Below are positions 57,146 to 64,000 of a stretch of 64,000 nt of DNA, piece by piece. Position numbers and translations under genes: made by a program. This DNA comes from Pseudomonadota bacterium. GTDB taxonomy: Bacteria > Pseudomonadota > Alphaproteobacteria > Puniceispirillales > UBA1172. The stretch is taken from assembly GCA_027593125.1 (NCBI GenBank), contig JAQCJL010000001.1, positions 788 to 64,787 on the forward strand, read 5' to 3'. Every line of letters starts with the position of its first letter. Position 1 is the first letter of the stretch. The notes beneath the pieces are model-generated. The model was not told the origin of the DNA, did not search any database, and worked only from the letters and a program-made list of their open reading frames with translations.

Positions 57146-57213
57146 TGACATCTATATGATGTTCATTTCCTCCCTAACTCAGTCGCGGGCTTAACGCCTG
57201 CGGCTTTTTTTTT
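57146..57213 (+). ncRNA. Candidate structured RNA (sRNA or cis-leader): a stem-loop, single-stranded CCUCCC, then a terminator.
   Basis: Stem-loop ACATC-TATAT-GATGT (57148-57162), then unpaired TTTCCTCCCTAAC (CCTCCC at 57169-57174), then the terminator listed next. An upstream TTGACT (57110-57115) is followed after 17 nt by a weak CATATC. Confidence 0.3.
57182..57213 (+). terminator. Rho-independent terminator between gluQ and moaA.
   Basis: GTCGCGGGC (57182-57190) pairs with GCCTGCGGC (57196-57204). This is 9 bp including 2 G-U pairs, with loop TTAAC, followed by T9 (57205-57213). Confidence 0.65.
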
Positions 57214-57297
57214 GCCTTTGATTTGCGACTGATCAGAGCAGGGCTTCTAATAAGGGGGACGCTTTATTTTACCCCAAAAATGATATACCTTCACCGC

Positions 57298-58308
57298 ATG
57301 GTCCCCACTATATCACCCATACTAGACCCCTTTGGTCGCCCAATTACTTATTTACGAGTATCCGTTACGGATCGCTGTGATTTTCGCTGTGTGTATTGCA
57401 TGGCAGAAAACATGACTTTTTTACCTAAATCTGAGCTACTTAGCATTGAAGAGCTCGAAGTTCTTTGCCGCCGTTTTATGGCTGTTGGCACGCGTAAGAT
57501 TCGTTTGACTGGCGGTGAACCTCTGGTTCGGCGCAATATCTTAACCTTAATCCGTAATCTTGGGGCTGAAGTAAAATCAGGCCATCTGGATGAGATCACA
57601 ATCACCACCAACGGCAGCCAATTGTCAAAAATGGCGGATGATCTCTATGACGCTGGGGTTAGGCGGATCAATGTGTCATTGGATACTCTTAACAAAGATA
57701 AATTTCGCGCGATCACGCGTTGGGGGGATCTCAATCAAGTTCTGGATGGTATCCATGCTGCTAAAACAGCCGGCTTAGACATTAAGATCAATGCCGTTGC
57801 GTTAAAGGGGATCAATGATAATGAGTTAGGCGATATGGTCGCTTGGTGCGGTGATCATGATCTGGATATGACAATTATTGAAGTGATGCCAATGGGCGAT
57901 ATTGGCGGTGAGAATAGGGTTGATCAATACTTGCCTCTGTCAGAGGTCAAAACAAAACTCAGCCAGCGTTTCACCTTACAAGAAGTGGATTATCGCACAG
58001 GCGGCCCAGCTCGTTATATGCGGGTCGCAGAAACCGGTCGGCGTCTAGGTTTTATTACCCCGCTGACCCATAATTTTTGTGAGAGCTGTAATCGGGTTCG
58101 CGTCACTTGTACGGGGATGCTTTATATGTGTCTTGGCCAAGACGATAGCGCCAATTTGCGTGATGCCTTGCGCGACGGCGGAACCGAGGGACTTGATGCC
58201 GCCATTGTTGAGGCGATAGGCCGCAAACCCAAAGGGCATGATTTCATCATTGACCGTGATCACACCGATCCTGCTGTGGCTCGCCATATGAGTGTTACTG
58301 GCGGCTAG
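57298..58308 (+). CDS. moaA: GTP 3',8-cyclase (molybdenum cofactor biosynthesis protein A).
   Basis: Radical [24 protein letters not shown]-terminal CxxCxxxxxxxxxxxxxC ([18 protein letters not shown]). Trimmed from the TTG at 57223. ATG 57280 is an alternative. Confidence 0.93.
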   Translation: MVPTISPILDPFGRPITYLRVSVTDRCDFRCVYCMAENMTFLPKSELLSIEELEVLCRRFMAVGTRKIRLTGGEPLVRRNILTLIRNLGAEVKSGHLDEITITTNGSQLSKMADDLYDAGVRRINVSLDTLNKDKFRAITRWGDLNQVLDGIHAAKTAGLDIKINAVALKGINDNELGDMVAWCGDHDLDMTIIEVMPMGDIGGENRVDQYLPLSEVKTKLSQRFTLQEVDYRTGGPARYMRVAETGRRLGFITPLTHNFCESCNRVRVTCTGMLYMCLGQDDSANLRDALRDGGTEGLDAAIVEAIGRKPKGHDFIIDRDHTDPAVARHMSVTGG

Positions 58309-59503
58309 CTTCGGGAAAACCCGTTTCCCCATTTCGGGTCATGGGATAAAGTGTTGCCAGAATAATGCTTACAGCAATGACACCAACCAGAACCACCGCC
58401 AGCAATACCATGATCTTCCAACCATAAAGATAATGCATCGTCGCAGAGGTCAGTGAAGCCAAGGCCATCATTGCCGTGATCATAAAATCAGCCATGCCCT
58501 GCACCTTAGGGCGTTGATCAGGGCGACAGGATTGCGCAATAATACTTGAGCCGCCTACAAACAGCATATTCCAGCCAAGACCCAACAGAACTAGTGTCAT
58601 GAGGTAGTGCATAAAACTGGTGCCTGATAACGTCACTACAATCATAGCGATATAAAAAATCACCCCTGCCCAAAGCACAGGAATAACCCCAACGCGGCCT
58701 ATTAAGGCCCCTGTTGCCAATGATGGCAAAAGCATAGCCAGAACATGCCACTGAATAATAATGGCGTTACTGGAATCACCCATCTGTTCGGTGTTCACAA
58801 TCTGAAGAGGGGTTGCCGTCATCATGAAAGTCATCACGCCATAACCAAGCGCCGCGGTGACCATACCAGCGATAAAATAAGGTTGCCGAAAAAGCCATCC
58901 CAAGGAAACCCCGCTTGACTTTACGATTTCCGTGTTTGGTTTTATATCCAGATACGGCAGTAACAGCAGAGCCAAAAGCTGCATCATTGCAGCACCAAAA
59001 AAACATCCCGCATAAAGATGGTCTGGTATTGCCTCAAATGTCATCCGCGCCAAGTTTGGCCCAATAATTACCGCCAACACCCCACCCGCCAGCACCAGTG
59101 AAAGCGCTCTTGCCTTTTGGTTTTGTTCAGCATTATCAGCGGCGGCATAGCGATAAAACTGCGCCACCCCTGTTGCAATACCAAGCCCGGCAGATGACAC
59201 CAAAAACAGCATAAAGCTAGATAAAATCGTTGCATAACCCATGATCAGGCAACAAAACAACCCAATGCCAGCAGCAGAAATAAACACTGGCTTGCGCCCA
59301 ATCCGCCCCATCAGCAAAGAGGCTGGTAATGTCGTTAACATAGACACCACATACATCAGCGATATGGGCAAAGTGGCCAGCCATGGTTCAGGCGCGATAA
59401 GAACACCAACAAGACTGGTGACAATGATATTAATATTTACCGTTGTCATAAAACAGGCTTGGGACAACGCAAGCAGGGCAATATTACGCCCGTTTGCAGA
59501 CAT
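58295..59503 (-). CDS. MFS transporter.
   Basis: 12 TMs with the GRIGRKPVF motif A. The ATG at 59503 overlaps the gloA stop (TAATG). Confidence 0.8.
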   Translation of the reverse strand: MSANGRNIALLALSQACFMTTVNINIIVTSLVGVLIAPEPWLATLPISLMYVVSMLTTLPASLLMGRIGRKPVFISAAGIGLFCCLIMGYATILSSFMLFLVSSAGLGIATGVAQFYRYAAADNAEQNQKARALSLVLAGGVLAVIIGPNLARMTFEAIPDHLYAGCFFGAAMMQLLALLLLPYLDIKPNTEIVKSSGVSLGWLFRQPYFIAGMVTAALGYGVMTFMMTATPLQIVNTEQMGDSSNAIIIQWHVLAMLLPSLATGALIGRVGVIPVLWAGVIFYIAMIVVTLSGTSFMHYLMTLVLLGLGWNMLFVGGSSIIAQSCRPDQRPKVQGMADFMITAMMALASLTSATMHYLYGWKIMVLLAVVLVGVIAVSIILATLYPMTRNGETGFPEASRQ

Positions 59504-59946
59504 TACCATTCCCCGATATTGCCCATTGATGCCCAAGGCTCTGATGGGGATTGTGCTCCTCCTTTTTGTAAGAGTTCAACAGAGATTCTATCAGGGGAAC
59601 GCACAAACGCCATGCGCCCATCACGCGGCGGACGATTGATCACCACACCCATATCCATCAGATGCTGGCAGGTGGCATAAATATCATCGACTTCATAGGC
59701 CAGATGCCCAAAATTGCGGCCACCATCATATTCTTCATCACTGTCCCAATTATAGGTCAATTCTAGGGCAGGCGAACGGGTTTTAGAAAATTGCTCACCA
59801 TCCTCTTCTGCGGCAAGAAAAATGAGCGTGAACTTACCATCAGGATATTCTCTGCGGCTAACTTCGGTGAGGCCAAGCCCTTCACACCAAAACCGCAAGG
59901 ATGCATTGATATCCATCACACGAACCATAGTATGAAGATAGCGCAT
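59503..59946 (-). CDS. gloA: Lactoylglutathione lyase (glyoxalase I).
   Basis: MRYLHTMVRVMDINASLRFW...LELTYNW...FGHLAY VOC-fold metal ligands. Confidence 0.88.
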   Translation of the reverse strand: MRYLHTMVRVMDINASLRFWCEGLGLTEVSRREYPDGKFTLIFLAAEEDGEQFSKTRSPALELTYNWDSDEEYDGGRNFGHLAYEVDDIYATCQHLMDMGVVINRPPRDGRMAFVRSPDRISVELLQKGGAQSPSEPWASMGNIGEW

Positions 59947-60039
59947 GATTATGTTTTTCCTTTACTCTGTAGCTTTACATAGATTTTAGACTTGCCTATC
60001 GTTACACTAATTTCTAGGCAAAGAAAGACTAATAACAAA

Positions 60040-62148
60040 ATGACTAATAACCACACCGTTTCTAACCCCATTCGCGCCGGAGTTGATATCGGCGGCACCT
60101 TTACGGATATTGTTCTAGAAACCCCAAATGGGCAAACCTCAACCAAGGTGTTGACCACTCATACGCGGCCCGAAGATGCCATTATTGAAGGCTTGCTAGC
60201 GGTCTGCGCCAGAAACGGGATCAAGCCGTCCGAAATTAGTTCAGTGATCCACGGCACCACCCTTGCGACAAATGCCCTCATTGAGCGTCGCGGCGCACGA
60301 ACAGCGCTTATCACCACTGAAGGTTTCCGTGATGTGATTGAGATGCGAACCGAAAGCCGGTTTGAACAATATGATCTCAACCTTGTTCTGCCGGAGGCAT
60401 TGATCCCACGCGAACACCGCTACACGGTGACTGAACGCATTCTTGCTGATGGCAATGTGGACACGCCTCTTGATGAAAGCCAGATTCGCACGCTGATTAA
60501 CCAGATGAAGACAGATGGTATTGCCAGTATCGCGATAGGCTTGCTTCATTCCTATGCTAATCCTGTTCATGAGCAACGGATTCGAGAGATTATTGCAAAG
60601 GAATGGGCTGATATTCCGATCTCACTTTCATCTGAGGTATCCCCGCAGATGCGCGAATATGAGCGCTTTAACACCGTTGCCGCCAATGCTTATGTCAAAC
60701 CCATTATGGAATCCTATCTGATGCGGTTAAAAGCGCGATTAGCAGAACATCAAATCAGCGCCCCTGTGTATCTGATGCATTCTGGTGGCGGCATTATTGA
60801 TCTGATGAGTGCTGCCACTTTCCCTGTGCGATTGGTCGAATCTGGCCCAGCAGGGGGCGCAATATTTGCTGCTAATATTGCCTCACGCTTTCAGCTTGAA
60901 CATGTTTTGTCCTTTGATATGGGCGGAACAACAGCAAAAATCTGCTTGATAAATGATCAAGTGCCTAAAACATCACGCAGTTTTGAAGTCGCCCGCAGTT
61001 ATCGGTTTAAAAAGGGCTCGGGGATGCCGATCTCAATCCCTGTCATTGATATGGTAGAAATTGGCGCTGGCGGCGGATCTATTGCTGGGCTTGATGCCAT
61101 GCGGCAAATCACTGTCGGGCCAGAATCTGCCGGATCAGAACCTGGCCCTAGCTGTTATCAGCGTGGCGGCACCAGACCTGCAGTAACAGATGCAGATTTG
61201 CTGATGGGCAAACTTGATCCTGATGATTTCGCTGGCGGGTCCATTCCTCTTTCAACCGATAACGCCAAGACCGCCATTGCTGATCATATTGCTGCCCCCT
61301 TAGGGTTAGATTTGGATCGCGCCGCTTTTGGCATTGCTGAGGTCGTGGACGAAAACATGGCTAACGCCGCCCGGGTTCATGCGGTAGAAAGCGGCGAGGA
61401 TTTAGGCGGATATGTCATGATAGCCTTTGGCGGTGCGGGGCCTCTTCATGCGATACGCTTAGCGCAGAAATTGAACATTACGCGTGTTTTGATCCCAGCA
61501 TCTGCAGGCGTAGGTTCAGCTGTAGGCTTCCTTAGAGCCCCTTTTAGTTTTGAGGCTAGCCGATCGCTTTATATTCGGCTGTCAGATTGGCAGAAAACCA
61601 GTGTTAAAGAGATGTTAGAGGAGCTACGAGACCAAGCCACTCGCTTTGTCCGTGCCTCTGTTCCAGAAAGCAAGATCGAAATCTCTGCCAAGGCGTATAT
61701 GCGCTATGTCGGACAAGGCTGGGAGATACCAGTTGAATTGGATAAAGCCTGGTGCGAGGCCCCAGATAAAGCAGAAATCATGCGCCTTTTTGAAGAACGA
61801 TACAGCCTGCTCTTTAGCCGTGTTGTTGAGGGGTTGGATATTGAGATCACCAGTTGGACGGTATTGGCAACAACTCCGGTTCAGCCATCACCTCCTATCC
61901 TGCCATGTGAGGGGAAGCTCCATGATCGCCCCATAGGGCATCGGCAGATGGCAGATATGGCAAGCGGAGAAAGCCTGACAGCAGCGGTGTTCCGCCGCCA
62001 AGACCTCGCTCACGGTGCAATGGTTAACGGGCCAGCCGCCATTGTTGAACCAGAAACAACCGTGCTTGTTCCAGCAGGCGGAATTGCGCTGATGCAAAGC
62101 GATGGCACCCTTGATCTTCGGCTAGATGGAGATACGACAAATGCTTGA
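60040..62148 (+). CDS. hyuA: Hydantoinase/oxoprolinase family, A (alpha) subunit.
   Basis: RAGVDIGGTFTD N-terminus, ASKHA-fold motifs (FDMGGTTAK). Trimmed from the TTG at 59992 to the ATG at 60040. Confidence 0.85.
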   Translation: MTNNHTVSNPIRAGVDIGGTFTDIVLETPNGQTSTKVLTTHTRPEDAIIEGLLAVCARNGIKPSEISSVIHGTTLATNALIERRGARTALITTEGFRDVIEMRTESRFEQYDLNLVLPEALIPREHRYTVTERILADGNVDTPLDESQIRTLINQMKTDGIASIAIGLLHSYANPVHEQRIREIIAKEWADIPISLSSEVSPQMREYERFNTVAANAYVKPIMESYLMRLKARLAEHQISAPVYLMHSGGGIIDLMSAATFPVRLVESGPAGGAIFAANIASRFQLEHVLSFDMGGTTAKICLINDQVPKTSRSFEVARSYRFKKGSGMPISIPVIDMVEIGAGGGSIAGLDAMRQITVGPESAGSEPGPSCYQRGGTRPAVTDADLLMGKLDPDDFAGGSIPLSTDNAKTAIADHIAAPLGLDLDRAAFGIAEVVDENMANAARVHAVESGEDLGGYVMIAFGGAGPLHAIRLAQKLNITRVLIPASAGVGSAVGFLRAPFSFEASRSLYIRLSDWQKTSVKEMLEELRDQATRFVRASVPESKIEISAKAYMRYVGQGWEIPVELDKAWCEAPDKAEIMRLFEERYSLLFSRVVEGLDIEITSWTVLATTPVQPSPPILPCEGKLHDRPIGHRQMADMASGESLTAAVFRRQDLAHGAMVNGPAAIVEPETTVLVPAGGIALMQSDGTLDLRLDGDTTNA

Positions 62149-63826
62149 TGCCGTCACCTTACAAATTATGTGGAATCGCCTGATATCTGTCGTAGAGGAA
62201 CAAGCTCAAGCGCTTATCCGGACAGCTTTTTCAACTTCTGTCCGCGAGGCCGGAGACCTCTCAGCAGGGGTCTATGACAGCGCTGGAAATATGCTAGCGC
62301 AGGCTGTCACTGGAACCCCAGGCCATGTTAATGCTATGGCCGAATCCGTTGGCCATTTCATGAATGAAATCGGTGTTGATCAGATGCGTGATGGCGATGT
62401 GTATATCACCAATGATCCTTGGAAAGGCACAGGGCATCTTCATGATATCACCGTCGTCACCCCTGTGTTTCGGGCGGAAAAGTTAATTGGGTTTTTTGCC
62501 AGTACCGCCCATGTTGTTGATGTTGGCGGGCGCGGTTTCGGCGCCGATGGCAATTCGCTTTATGAAGAAGGCATTCAAATTCCAATAATGCCGTTTGTAC
62601 GTCAAGGTGAGGTCAATCAAGATTTGGTTCGGATGATACGCCAAAATGTTCGGGAATCTGATCAGGTGGTTGGCGATATTTATGCGCTTGCCACCTCAAA
62701 TGATGTGGGCACGCGGCGGTTAATGTCCATGCTGGATGAATACAACGCCGCTGATCTGTCCCAGATCTCTGATTTTATTATGACGCGTTCACGGCAAGCA
62801 ACCTTGGAACGGATTGCTGCCCTAACACCTGGATCTGCGTCAGCAAAAATGGATATTGACGGCTTTGATCAAGTGATCACCATTGCTGTTCATGTCAATA
62901 TTGCCAAAGATCATGTTAGCGCAGATTTCACTGGCACCTCAGGGATGGATAAGAAAGGCATTAATGTGCCAATGGTCTATACCAGAGCCTATACTTGCTA
63001 TGGCTTAAAAGTGGCGATTGCCCCTGATATACCCAACAACACCGCTTCTCTTGCGCCTTTTATCATTACTGCGCCTGAAGGTAGTATTGTAAACGCACCG
63101 CATCCTGCACCAGTAGCGCTTCGCCATGTGGTTGGGCAAATGTTGCCAGATGTGACCTTTGGCGCACTTTATCAATTGCTGCCAGGACATATTCAAGCTG
63201 AAGGGGCAAGCGCCCTCTGTAATTTCCAAGTTAGCTTAACCCCAAGACAAGGTGCAAATATGCCGCCCAACGCCAGATCAACAGAAGTGCTGTCGTTTAA
63301 TTCTGGGGGAAGTGGCGCACGCCCTAATATTGATGGCTTAAACGCAACCGCCTTTCCTAGTGGCGTGATGACTATGCCAGTAGAAGCCACCGAAAATGTT
63401 GGCCCTGTGATTATTCGGCGAAAAGAATTGCGATCAGATAGTGGCGGTGCCGGCAAATGGCGTGGGGGATTAGGGCAATATATGGATATCAGCGCACGTG
63501 ATGGGTATGATCTGGTCTTTTCTGCGATGCTGGATCGGGTGGATCATCCTGCACGAGGACGTCAGAACGGGCATAATGGTGCACCAACAACCCTTAGCTG
63601 TGATGATGGCACCCCGTTGCGAGGCAAAGGCAGGCAACCAGTTCCAACAGGGGCAACCGTCTGTCTTGGCTTTCCCGGTGGAGGCGGCTTTGGTGACCCA
63701 AAGGAACGCGACCGTGCTTTGGTTCGCCGTGATCTTCGCCGTGGCTATATTAGCCGCGAAGCTGCCATTCGTGACTATGGAATGACCGAAGAAGACCTGA
63801 ATATCCATGATAGTGATGGGAAATAG
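62141..63826 (+). CDS. hyuB: Hydantoinase B/oxoprolinase family, B (beta) subunit.
   Basis: LDAVTLQIMWNRLISVVEE, NDPWKGTGHLHD, FPGGGGFGDP. The ATG at 62141 overlaps the hyuA 3' end by 8 nt. Confidence 0.85.
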   Translation: MLDAVTLQIMWNRLISVVEEQAQALIRTAFSTSVREAGDLSAGVYDSAGNMLAQAVTGTPGHVNAMAESVGHFMNEIGVDQMRDGDVYITNDPWKGTGHLHDITVVTPVFRAEKLIGFFASTAHVVDVGGRGFGADGNSLYEEGIQIPIMPFVRQGEVNQDLVRMIRQNVRESDQVVGDIYALATSNDVGTRRLMSMLDEYNAADLSQISDFIMTRSRQATLERIAALTPGSASAKMDIDGFDQVITIAVHVNIAKDHVSADFTGTSGMDKKGINVPMVYTRAYTCYGLKVAIAPDIPNNTASLAPFIITAPEGSIVNAPHPAPVALRHVVGQMLPDVTFGALYQLLPGHIQAEGASALCNFQVSLTPRQGANMPPNARSTEVLSFNSGGSGARPNIDGLNATAFPSGVMTMPVEATENVGPVIIRRKELRSDSGGAGKWRGGLGQYMDISARDGYDLVFSAMLDRVDHPARGRQNGHNGAPTTLSCDDGTPLRGKGRQPVPTGATVCLGFPGGGGFGDPKERDRALVRRDLRRGYISREAAIRDYGMTEEDLNIHDSDGK

Positions 63827-63829
63827 CTA

Positions 63830-64000
63830 TGGCTGAGTTCATTAAGGCTGATCGTCTAGCTGAAGTTGAAATCTCTGCTATTGTGGTGATGAGCGAGGCC
63901 GCGCGTCAACGCCGCGCTGAAGGTCATGATGTGATCAATCTTGGCATAGGAGAGCCAGATTTCAATACACCTGACCACGCCAGCAAGGCCGCAATTTCCG
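63830..64000 (+). CDS. Class I/II PLP-dependent aminotransferase, N-terminal fragment that runs off the window.
   Basis: My own translation: MAEFIKADRLAEVEISAIVVMSEAARQRRAEGHDVINLGIGEPDFNTPDHASKAAIS. The INLGIGEPDF motif is typical of AspAT-like enzymes. Starts 3 nt after the hyuB stop. Confidence 0.7.

Overview
This 64 kb window reads as gene-dense core chromosome of an alphaproteobacterium. I estimate about 90% or more of it is coding, and the GC content looks uniform by eye. Many neighbouring genes overlap by 1-4 nt. I recognise about 65 protein genes and one tRNA-Leu(CAA). There is no rRNA, CRISPR array, transposase, integrase or phage gene. In order, the recognisable blocks are:
- mutY (partial), a DUF721/DciA-like gene, a DsbA-family gene and smc.
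- The split F0 ATP synthase operon atpI-B-E-F'-F.
- ispH-thrB-rnhA.
- A Prx5 peroxiredoxin plus a ScsB/DsbD-type reductant transporter.
- A roughly 8.7 kb minus-strand aa3 cytochrome oxidase block: ctaC-ctaD-ctaB-microORF-ctaG-ctaE-DUF983-surf1-thrC-M16 peptidase.
- tldD, an SNase-like nuclease, an MFS transporter, gshA, rsmE, ubiA, argC, pmbA and a CX5R phosphatase.
- A Kdo2-lipid A block: msbA-like, GT25, DUF374-waaA-lpxK-lpxL.
- xseA, purD, tadA, rluB, rsmD.
- mutL-DUF3035-lspA-ileS-ribF (reading right to left on the minus strand).
- mscS, chaC, tRNA-Leu, yqaA-dsbB-coq7, an orphan HNH endonuclease, an esterase, gluQ and moaA.
- An MFS transporter, gloA, hyuA-hyuB and a partial aminotransferase.

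I do not see a convincing multi-gene novel system such as a defence island, mobile element or biosynthetic cluster. The best leads are small:
- A 48-aa membrane micro-ORF translationally coupled between ctaB and ctaG. It is below the ORF-track cutoff.
- A structured RNA element with a CCUCCC motif and an intrinsic terminator between gluQ and moaA. It could be an sRNA or a riboswitch.
- Several tight couplings between genes of unknown and known function: yqaA-dsbB-coq7, DUF374-waaA, pmbA-phosphatase and hyuAB-aminotransferase.
- An unusual number of convergent genes that share or abut stop codons.

All product calls come from motif and family recognition by eye. No database searches were run.
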